From positions 1-33,372 of the forward strand of contig JAHQWJ010000068.1 of the NCBI GenBank assembly GCA_029856125.1: a stretch of DNA of 33,372 nucleotides, given 5' to 3'. Positions within the stretch are counted from its first letter, which is position 1. Every line of letters starts with the position of its first letter. The notes beneath the pieces are model-generated. The model had not been told where the DNA came from and did not search any database. It saw nothing but the letters and a program-made list of their open reading frames with translations. A program made the translations under genes and the position numbers. This document shows, in pieces, positions 26,370 through 33,372 of the stretch. The stretch comes from Promethearchaeia archaeon (lineage in GTDB: Archaea > Asgardarchaeota > Lokiarchaeia > Sigyniarchaeales > SOKP01).

Positions 26370-27380
26370 TTATTTAGGCACCTCGTTAGCAGATTCTTTT
26401 TGACGAAAAAAATAATCCCTATAAATAGCTGCTATCACTAAAATCATAGATATTATTGAAAATGTCAATCCTACGCCATCAACGGTTACATTCGGAGTTG
26501 GAACAGCGATCGCAAATGCGACACCTAATAGAATCCAGTTAATAATTAGAAACACAACAAATAAAATAGGTAATAAAAATTGTACCAAAAATCCAGTTTG
26601 AATGTTGCGTCCTCGAGAATAACTAGAGAATATTATTGAAAAAAGCGCAAGGATGCCGAATACAACTATCAAAACACTAAAGATAACAATAATTAACCAA
26701 ATTATTCCGTTAGTATTAATAAGATTCACAAAAGGAACTAGAAAATTAATGCCTCTTGCTTCAAACAATCCAAAAAGGACAATTTGTCCCTCAATTTCAG
26801 CTATCCCGAAAAAGCTAAGTAGATCAGCGGGGTTTCCTGAAAAGAAGCCAAATATTCCAACAAGTGGAAAAATCACTCCTAAAACAAATGCAATAATTGT
26901 GCAAACCGTTGCGAACCAAAATTCGGCTGATCTCGTATCAGATACAGGAATTAAGCCTACTTCGTCATAATCTTCATCAGGAATATAACTCCAGCAATCT
27001 TGTATAGTGCATACTCCAACCAGCTTCTCATTCTCTACTACTGGTACGACATTGACATTTAAATCTCGCATTCTTGCAAAAGCTTCAGTCACAGGATCAT
27101 CAAGGGACATGGGTTTAATCTTATACATAGTAGAAATCACCATTTCTTCTTTTGGATCGTCTCCTTTAGCTACAACATTTTGAATTATATCAAAATCAGC
27201 TATGACTCCGAGAACTTTATCAGACTTTTCTTCGACTACAACTAAATCTGGCACACCTAACTCTTTCATTTTTTTTGCTGCTTCTTGAATAGTCGCATTA
27301 GAATTTATTACACCGTATTCATCGTCAATTACCAAATCCTTTATAAAATATTCTTTTTTAGTTAAGCCCAAATTCATCAT
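26370..27380 (-). CDS. CBS-pair domain fused to C-terminal four-TM domain
   Basis: ATIQEAAKKM...VLGVIADFDII and VTEAFARM...VPVVENEKLVGVCTIQD form a Bateman module (aa about 12-132). Four hydrophobic helices lie at aa about 154-178, 226-252, 264-292 and 303-320. Confidence 0.85.
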   Translation of the reverse strand: MMNLGLTKKEYFIKDLVIDDEYGVINSNATIQEAAKKMKELGVPDLVVVEEKSDKVLGVIADFDIIQNVVAKGDDPKEEMVISTMYKIKPMSLDDPVTEAFARMRDLNVNVVPVVENEKLVGVCTIQDCWSYIPDEDYDEVGLIPVSDTRSAEFWFATVCTIIAFVLGVIFPLVGIFGFFSGNPADLLSFFGIAEIEGQIVLFGLFEARGINFLVPFVNLINTNGIIWLIIVIFSVLIVVFGILALFSIIFSSYSRGRNIQTGFLVQFLLPILFVVFLIINWILLGVAFAIAVPTPNVTVDGVGLTFSIISMILVIAAIYRDYFFRQKESANEVPK

Positions 27381-27539
27381 TTTTTATGTTAGATTTGTTA
27401 TTTATAAAACAGATTAAAGTAACTATTAAAATTAACTATAGTCCAATTATTAATTCTTCTAGTAAAATTAAAAATTCTCTAAAGAAAATACATAAGAAAA
27501 TTAATAATATATAAGATTAAAAAAAAAGAGTAGTTTGAA

Positions 27540-27998
27540 TTAATAAAATTCAGTCCCTTCTATTATAGTGGTAGAAACGACTAGTTCCTGCGCGGCCTTA
27601 GTTGCTCGCATGACTTTCGCCATGTTTCCTACGAGTTTAAATTTACCTGCCATTAAACCCTGAATTGGATCGAGTTCTTGTTTCAAAACCTTTACCCAAT
27701 TATCGTATATTCCTGAAAATACAAATTCTGCGCCGATTTTTTCTCCTTCTTTTAAAGGTCGTGGCTCAGAATTAGGGGGTAAAATTTCGAATTCTTCTCC
27801 CTCCTTTAGGACTTTACTGCCTGTGCAGTCTCCTTTAAATAATCCAATAAACATTGTTATTTTATGGTCCAAATTACCGCTAGGTTCAACCAAGAAAATG
27901 AAATCACCCGTCCACCAAGAAGCTGCCGCTTTGTAATTGGCATTATTGTTTAAAGCTTTCACATAGGCTTCAGCCCATTCCTCTGAAAATACTTTCAT
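27540..27998 (-). CDS. SCP2 sterol/lipid-binding domain protein
   Basis: FSEEWAEAYVKALN...W.GDF...AEFVFSGIYDNWVKVLKQELDPIQGLMAGKFKLVGNMAKVMR. Confidence 0.88.
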   Translation of the reverse strand: MKVFSEEWAEAYVKALNNNANYKAAASWWTGDFIFLVEPSGNLDHKITMFIGLFKGDCTGSKVLKEGEEFEILPPNSEPRPLKEGEKIGAEFVFSGIYDNWVKVLKQELDPIQGLMAGKFKLVGNMAKVMRATKAAQELVVSTTIIEGTEFY

Positions 27999-28152
27999 AT
28001 CTCACACTCTCTATTATATTAATAAAATTTACTTCTATTATGATTAGTATTACTTCTTTTTATTTGAAAGTAATTAAATCTAAAATTGAGTGAAATGATA
28101 AAGAATAGTTATAGATGGATGTTTATTAAGATAAGTTATAAAAAAAAAGAAA

Positions 28153-29307
28153 TTATACTCCTACGCCAATGGTATTTCCTATACCAGCAACTATAATCTT
28201 TGCTCCTTTCTCAGTACGCTTCCGAATCCCCATTTTAATATTTTCTACAATAGGATGAACGCTTTTGGTAATTGGTCGCGACATTGTTGTTATCGCATTT
28301 TCTAATGATTGCCTGCAGATAACAGCGTCAATAGGAATAGCTTTTTTGCTTGAAGATTCCTCGATATAAAACTTTTCAACGCCAATTCCTCCAATAGCGG
28401 CACCAACTCCTATTGCGATTGACCCAGTTTTATCTCCAGAAAATTTAAGACCAGCATCGATCATTATTATTCGAGATATGGATTCTCCATGTTCTTCGAT
28501 TAATTTTTTAATTGCAGTACCTGGTTTTCCAACAGTTCCTCCAGGTCCCTCGGCTCGCACAACATATATTGTTCTACCTTCAAAAGCAACCTCTTGATAT
28601 ATTGTATCCTTTGCGATTTCAATGGCTTCAACATCGTCACTATTTGAAACATCTCTTACAAAACTTCCGGCAACTAAAGGTCCAAGGGCGTCTCCAATTG
28701 GGCTTCCTTCAGAAAAAGCTTTTGTAGCGTGGTAGTACGATTTACCCATTGCTAAAATCATAGTCATCTGCATGGAAATCTGCATTAAGACAATGTACGA
28801 TTTAGACTTTTTTCCTAATATTAAGAAGTGTTTGACTAAACGATAAACATAATCAACAGCCATAGTAGCTTCAAGGACATTTTCTAAATTTTGAGCTTCT
28901 TTAGTTCCTGGTTCAACATTTGGAGCTATACCTACTATTTCATCTTTGAATCTTTCATCCCTTACATTAATGATGTGATCAATTTTTGGAATTATGCCAT
29001 AAGGATCAAGACTAACTGGTGTAATAGCGACGAAAGTTAAGAAGTTTTCAAGCTTGAGCATTAAATCCTTATCTGTTTCTTTTTTGTCAGTGTATTTTCT
29101 AAAATTCGAAAGTAAAATCTGTTTACACTCGTCATCCCATTTTTTGAGTTTTTCCAAACCAGTTTCGATCTCTCTTGCTGAGCGCCAGGCTTGGAGTTTT
29201 GTACCATAAAACATAGAAACAAATATTAAGGCAAACCATAACAAATTAAAAATCAATCCGAGAGGATCTGTTTCCGTTTGGCCGAATTGCATTATTTGAA
29301 TAATCAT
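28153..29307 (-). CDS. DUF1512 family archaeal membrane-anchored protein
   Basis: N-terminal TM; PVSLDPYGII, PIGDALGPLVA, AEGPGGTVGKPG, IIMIDAGLK, GVGAAIGGIGVEKF and C-terminal GIGNTIGV. Confidence 0.85.
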   Translation of the reverse strand: MIIQIMQFGQTETDPLGLIFNLLWFALIFVSMFYGTKLQAWRSAREIETGLEKLKKWDDECKQILLSNFRKYTDKKETDKDLMLKLENFLTFVAITPVSLDPYGIIPKIDHIINVRDERFKDEIVGIAPNVEPGTKEAQNLENVLEATMAVDYVYRLVKHFLILGKKSKSYIVLMQISMQMTMILAMGKSYYHATKAFSEGSPIGDALGPLVAGSFVRDVSNSDDVEAIEIAKDTIYQEVAFEGRTIYVVRAEGPGGTVGKPGTAIKKLIEEHGESISRIIMIDAGLKFSGDKTGSIAIGVGAAIGGIGVEKFYIEESSSKKAIPIDAVICRQSLENAITTMSRPITKSVHPIVENIKMGIRKRTEKGAKIIVAGIGNTIGVGV

Positions 29308-29456
29308 TTTTAACTTTTCTCTGTTTTAAATAATATATATAATTGAAATATTAAATCTATTAAGTTTTCATAATAACAAAATTTAATTAATCTTATATTC
29401 TTTTCTATTATAGAGTAAAGTTTACAAGGTATCAATAAGAAAATGGAAAGATATTC

Positions 29457-29894
29457 ATGATTGACGAAGAAGACGATGAAGATATTTTAAATAAAAAGCG
29501 TTCTTTGAAGAGCCTTCTTAAAAATCTTCTATTGATTGGACTTATTGCTATAGGAGTTCTTTTTATGTATATCGGAGGGCCTGATCAAGTTTTCAATATG
29601 GTTGTAGGTTTCGGATTCATTTGTTTAGGGACCACATTATTCCAATTAGGAAAAAATACCAGTGACCCAATAAGACAGACTTTAACCATATTAAAATGTA
29701 AATCCTGTGGTGCGATTAAAGTGAGGAATTACGAGGATGGGGATTTCATTTTTAAGTCTATGGGGTCTTGCGAAAAATGTAACAATTCTGTGGAAATAGA
29801 CCAGATTTATAGCGTTAAACTTAAGAAATCCCGGAAAAAAGACGATAAACTAGAAGAAAGCAAAAAGAAGTTACTGGAAACAATCGAAGTTTAA
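29457..29894 (+). CDS. Hypothetical two-TM protein with C-terminal zinc ribbon
   Basis: Two TM helices followed by CKSCG...RNYEDGDFIF...CEKC, a pattern seen in conserved archaeal hypothetical proteins. Confidence 0.75.
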   Translation: MIDEEDDEDILNKKRSLKSLLKNLLLIGLIAIGVLFMYIGGPDQVFNMVVGFGFICLGTTLFQLGKNTSDPIRQTLTILKCKSCGAIKVRNYEDGDFIFKSMGSCEKCNNSVEIDQIYSVKLKKSRKKDDKLEESKKKLLETIEV

Positions 29895-29918
29895 ATTCAT
29901 CAGTTAGGTGTTTCCCTA

Positions 29919-30365
29919 ATTTTAAATAAAATTGGAATGGGCGGAACTTTTGATCATCTTCATGATGGCCATAAATTTTTGTTAAAAACAGCTTTGAATT
30001 TGTCCAAAACGATAGAGATCGGCTTAACATCTCAACAATTGCTTAAAAACAAAATAGCCCCTTCGAAATTAGAAGATTACGATACTAGAAAGAATAATTT
30101 AAAAGCATTCATCAACACTTTCACGGACATTAAAAGGGTGAATATTGTTGAAATTAGAAATTGGGATGATATGGCTAAATATTCTCAAGATCCAGAGTAC
30201 GAAGGACTAATTGTAAGTCAAGAAACTTATTCAAACGCCATTAAATTAAACGAACAAAGAGAAGCAAAAGGATTAGGACCACTAATATTAATTGTTATTC
30301 CCCTTCTAAAAGATAGAAATAATAAAAGAATAAGTTCTACGGCTATTCGAGAAGAACTAGAGTAG
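29919..30365 (+). CDS. coaD: Phosphopantetheine adenylyltransferase (archaeal/eukaryotic type)
   Basis: GGTFDHLHDGHK, IGLT, LIVSQET, N..R...GL.PL and ISSTAIR. The ORF track starts at ATG 29937, but the in-frame upstream ILNKIG and an AGGTG SD suggest a start at ATT 29919. Confidence 0.9.
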   Translation: MLNKIGMGGTFDHLHDGHKFLLKTALNLSKTIEIGLTSQQLLKNKIAPSKLEDYDTRKNNLKAFINTFTDIKRVNIVEIRNWDDMAKYSQDPEYEGLIVSQETYSNAIKLNEQREAKGLGPLILIVIPLLKDRNNKRISSTAIREELE

Positions 30366-30507
30366 ATAAATTTTTTAGTTAGTAACACTACTAAATATAT
30401 AATTGAATGATTACTTGAGAAGTGTAGATTTTGAATTTATATAACGGTTTAAGATTACCTACTAAAAATTTCATTCGAGTTTCATTTAATTTCAAATTTT
30501 TTATTCT

Positions 30508-30549
30508 GCCAAGAGAATAATACGAACTAATTATAGTTTTTCTCTTGGC
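30508..30549. repeat. 10-bp perfect inverted repeat (GCCAAGAGAA / TTCTCTTGGC) with 22-nt spacer in the coaD-pheS intergenic region
   Basis: Arms at 30508-30517 and 30540-30549; the spacer has an additional AACTA/TAGTT pairing. Confidence 0.7.
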
Positions 30550-30655
30550 TGCGGATTTTGATTTGAAGTATTAGGTCTATATTTAATTTAAATCTGTGTT
30601 TAATTGCTAAATATTGTTCTAATTCATGAAAGAGCAATTTTAAACGATATCCTTC

Positions 30656-30672
30656 ACGAAAGATTTAAAAAT
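30656..30672 (+). promoter_or_regulatory. Candidate archaeal BRE-TATA promoter for pheST
   Basis: Purine-rich CGAAAGA directly followed by TTTAAAAA, about 55 nt upstream of the pheS ATG. Weak evidence given the AT-rich background. Confidence 0.3.
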
Positions 30673-30726
30673 GTTAGAGATTTAGAAAAAATATATTAGA
30701 TAGTAAATAAATTTTGATTTAGAGAT

Positions 30727-32262
30727 ATGACTATTAAATTAAAAAAACCCGTTATCGAAATTCTCACAGTATTAAAGAAAAAGAAAACTGAGCAATTGGC
30801 ATCATCATTTGCAAAAGAATTGAATATTGATTATATTGTCCTCATGACAGCTATTAACGATCTCATAGATTTTGATCTAGGAGGGTTCAGGGAGGAAGAA
30901 ATTAATCAAATTTCTTTAAACGAGGAAGGACGAAATTATTTAGAAAACGGATTACCAGAAAATCAATTATTAAAATTAATGAAAAAATCTGATGTTAAAG
31001 AGATTAACATGAAAGAATTGCTTGTCAAATCTAAGCTAGATAAACAACTTTTTTACGTCGGTCTTTCTAATATGAGGAAAAACTGTTGGATTGCTCAAAG
31101 TAAAGCTACCGGAGAAAATAAGATTTTTCTTGTAGCTGAAGAATTTCCTGAAACTGATGTTGAAAAATTTATGAACACATTTAAGGCAAATCCTACACGT
31201 GATTATTCCAAATTATCAAAAAATGAACAGATACAATTTGATCTATTAAATAGAAGGAAATTATTTACAAAAGAGAAAAAAACTGAACGCTATATTTTTC
31301 TTACAAATAAGGGGAAATCAATCAAAATCTCTACCATTAAGGAATTAGAACAGGTAAGCAAAATAACTCCGGAAATGCTTAGTTCTGGTACTTGGAAGAA
31401 ATACAATCTAAAACCTTTTGATGTAACAAAACCGGGTCCTTCGTTAAAGGCGGGAAGAACGCATCCTCTTATAAATCTGATTAATGAAATTAGAGAAGTC
31501 TTCATTTCAATGGGATTTACTGAAATTAGAGGTCCGATCGTCGAAAGCGCGTTTTTTAACTTTGATGCATTATTCCAACCACAAGATCATCCTGCACGCG
31601 AATTACAAGACACTTTTTATTTAAACAACCCTAAAGTTGCGAGGCTACCAGACAGAGATAGGGTGCTAGCTGTTAAAGCAACACATGAGAATGGAGGAGA
31701 TTCTGGTTCGTTAGGTTGGAGGTATAAGTGGGACGAAGACACAGCAAAGCAAACAGTGTTAAGAACTCATACAACTTCAACAACTATGAGAAGATTAGCT
31801 CAATTTTATAAAAATAACGATAAAACTCCAGTAAAAGTATTCTGTATAGACAGAGTATTCCGAAATGAAAATTTAGATAAATCTCATTTAGCCGAGTTTA
31901 CGCAAATAGAGGGTATCGTTATTGATGAAAATGTTAACTTAAGTAATTTGATAGGATTACTATCTGAATTTTACAGGAAGATGGGCTTTAAAAAAATTGT
32001 AACAAGACCGGGATTTTTCCCATACACTGAACCCAGTATGGAAGTCTCCGTATATTATGATAAAATAGGAGAATGGTTAGAAATGGGCGGTTCAGGCATT
32101 TTCAGACCAGAAGTGACAACCCCTTGGGGCATTAAGAACCCTACAAGAGTTTTAGCATGGGGTCAAGGACTTGAACGTATTGCGATGTTATATTACAACC
32201 GAAAAGATATTAGAGACTTATATATAAATCCAATAAAGTGGTTGCGTCAACAACCATATTAA
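30727..32262 (+). CDS. pheS: Phenylalanine--tRNA ligase alpha subunit (long archaeal/eukaryotic type)
   Basis: GRTHP, FNFDALFQPQDHPARELQDTFY, LRTHTT, DRVFRNE, HLAEFTQIEG, FPYTEPS, GIFRPE and AWGQGLER. Confidence 0.98.
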   Translation: MTIKLKKPVIEILTVLKKKKTEQLASSFAKELNIDYIVLMTAINDLIDFDLGGFREEEINQISLNEEGRNYLENGLPENQLLKLMKKSDVKEINMKELLVKSKLDKQLFYVGLSNMRKNCWIAQSKATGENKIFLVAEEFPETDVEKFMNTFKANPTRDYSKLSKNEQIQFDLLNRRKLFTKEKKTERYIFLTNKGKSIKISTIKELEQVSKITPEMLSSGTWKKYNLKPFDVTKPGPSLKAGRTHPLINLINEIREVFISMGFTEIRGPIVESAFFNFDALFQPQDHPARELQDTFYLNNPKVARLPDRDRVLAVKATHENGGDSGSLGWRYKWDEDTAKQTVLRTHTTSTTMRRLAQFYKNNDKTPVKVFCIDRVFRNENLDKSHLAEFTQIEGIVIDENVNLSNLIGLLSEFYRKMGFKKIVTRPGFFPYTEPSMEVSVYYDKIGEWLEMGGSGIFRPEVTTPWGIKNPTRVLAWGQGLERIAMLYYNRKDIRDLYINPIKWLRQQPY

Positions 32263-32265
32263 ATT

Positions 32266-32272
32266 GAGGTGA
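32266..32272 (+). promoter_or_regulatory. Shine-Dalgarno site for pheT (GAGGTGA)
   Basis: Strong archaeal SD consensus 7 nt upstream of ATA 32280. Confidence 0.7.
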
Positions 32273-32279
32273 AACAATT

Positions 32280-33372
32280 ATACCGACTCTCGAATTGAAA
32301 ATTGATAGGTTAGAAAAATTAGTAGGAAAAAAACTAGATATCGAAGAATTGGAATACGATCTGCAATGGATAGGTTTAGATTTAGAAGATATTAACAAAG
32401 AAGAACAAATACTAAAAGTGGAATATAACCCAAACAGACCTGACTATTCAAGTCCAGAAGGCATTGCAAGAACATTAAAGGGATACTACGAAATCGAATT
32501 AGGAGTACCAACCTTCGATTTACAAAAAAGTGAAATCGTGGTTACAGTAGATCCAAGTGTAAAGAAAGTGAGACCTTATATAGTATGCGGTATCGTGAGA
32601 AACATTGATTTAGACGAAGAAGAAGTTGCTACTTTAATGAATATCCAAGAACACCTTCACTGGGCAGTAGGTAGAGATAGAAAAAAGGTCGCAATCGGTG
32701 TCCACGATTTAGATAAGGTAAAACCACCCTATCGATATACAGCTGTTAAACCAGATTCCGTAAGTTTTATACCCTTGCATGGAGATGGATACGCTATGAA
32801 TTTAGAAGAAATTCTACTTCTTCACGATAAAGGAATTGAATACGCTAAGATTTTAGAAGGAAAAGAGGTTTATCCTATCATTTTTGATAATAATAACGAA
32901 GTTCTTTCATTTCCTCCTATAATAAATGGCATTCTAACTACTGTAACAGATAAAACGAAAAATTTATTCTTAGATTTGACTGGAACAGATTTGAACGCCG
33001 TTAACCTGGCATTAAATATTTTATCTACAACATTATCTGACATGGGAGCAAAGATCGAAACCGTAGAAGTCAGATATGAAGGGGGAAAAGATCTAATAAC
33101 ACCAAATCTCGATCAAAATAAATGGGAAATAGAAATCGATTATATCAATAGTTATCTTGGTTTAAATTTAACTAACGCCGAAATAATTAAATGCTTCCAA
33201 AAAGTTAGATTAGATGCTAAAGAATCCAAAAAGCAAGGTTATTTAGATGTGTATATTCCTGCTTTTAGAGGTGATATTATGCATTCAGTTGATCTTACTG
33301 AAGAGGTAGCTATTGGTTATGGGTATTTTAATTTACCGAAATCGATTCGAGAAGGAGGTATTGGAATGTATC
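32280..33372 (+). CDS. pheT: Phenylalanine--tRNA ligase beta subunit (3' end runs off the window)
   Basis: Not in the ORF track. Manual translation gives (M)PTLELKIDRLEKLVGK...VEYNPNRPDYSSPEGIARTLKG...VRPYI...QEHLH...GRDRKKVAIGVHD...SFPPIING...PAFRGDIMHSVDLTEEVAIGYGY. The frame is open to the window end. Confidence 0.96.
   Translation, partial: MPTLELKIDRLEKLVGKKLDIEELEYDLQWIGLDLEDINKEEQILKVEYNPNRPDYSSPEGIARTLKGYYEIELGVPTFDLQKSEIVVTVDPSVKKVRPYIVCGIVRNIDLDEEEVATLMNIQEHLHWAVGRDRKKVAIGVHDLDKVKPPYRYTAVKPDSVSFIPLHGDGYAMNLEEILLLHDKGIEYAKILEGKEVYPIIFDNNNEVLSFPPIINGILTTVTDKTKNLFLDLTGTDLNAVNLALNILSTTLSDMGAKIETVEVRYEGGKDLITPNLDQNKWEIEIDYINSYLGLNLTNAEIIKCFQKVRLDAKESKKQGYLDVYIPAFRGDIMHSVDLTEEVAIGYGYFNLPKSIREGGIGMY

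Noticed and set aside
29821-30030. 69-aa minus-strand ORF
   Set aside because: It overlaps two supported plus-strand genes and has no recognisable features.
30508-30549. Hairpin as a SECIS element or T-box riboswitch
   Set aside because: No AUGA/GA core or T-box consensus is visible, no in-frame TGA-interrupted gene was seen nearby, and T-boxes are bacterial.
3874-31505. Many short antisense or alternative-frame ORFs in the track (e.g. 3874-4173, 6944-7201, 13031-13558, 21360-21647, 22170-22505, 26037-26327, 26653-26970, 31290-31505)
   Set aside because: They lie within well-supported genes on the opposite strand and show no motifs; they are shadow ORFs.
32210-32398. 62-aa minus-strand ORF
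   Set aside because: It is antisense to the pheS end and pheT start, which explain the sequence.

Overview
AT-rich (roughly 30% GC by eye), gene-dense archaeal chromosomal segment, most likely from an Asgard archaeon of the Lokiarchaeia type. This assignment is an inference from archaeal/eukaryote-type PheRS and TyrRS, archaeal PPAT, DUF1512, AOR, GGTG(A) Shine-Dalgarno sites, a stand-alone 23-repeat LRR protein, two SCP2 proteins and a Vps29-like gene. From left to right the window holds: dCMP deaminase (truncated); a lipid-linked glycosylation cluster (GT-C, ALG5/DPM1-like GT2, methyltransferase, flippase-like protein); a U32 Fe-S protein; histidine utilisation (hutU-hutH-hutI plus a convergent formiminotransferase); YwbE; AOR; LRR; Fe-ADH; SCP2; tyrS-Vps29-like; a methyltransferase; PPDK; a HAD hydrolase; an uncharacterised membrane gene set; SCP2; DUF1512; a Zn-ribbon membrane protein; coaD; pheS-pheT (truncated). 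The best candidate for an undescribed system is the tightly coupled pair at 24916-27380. One gene encodes a CBS pair fused to a 4-TM protein with claudin-like topology. The other encodes a two-TM protein with a cytoplasmic RGG/aromatic low-complexity tail, a nested beta-sandwich ectodomain (GOLD/APD-like) and two cytoplasmic zinc ribbons. Two housekeeping genes (pheT, coaD) appear to start at non-canonical ATA/ATT codons. I saw no rRNA, tRNA, CRISPR array or mobile element. All family calls come from motif recognition, not database searches.
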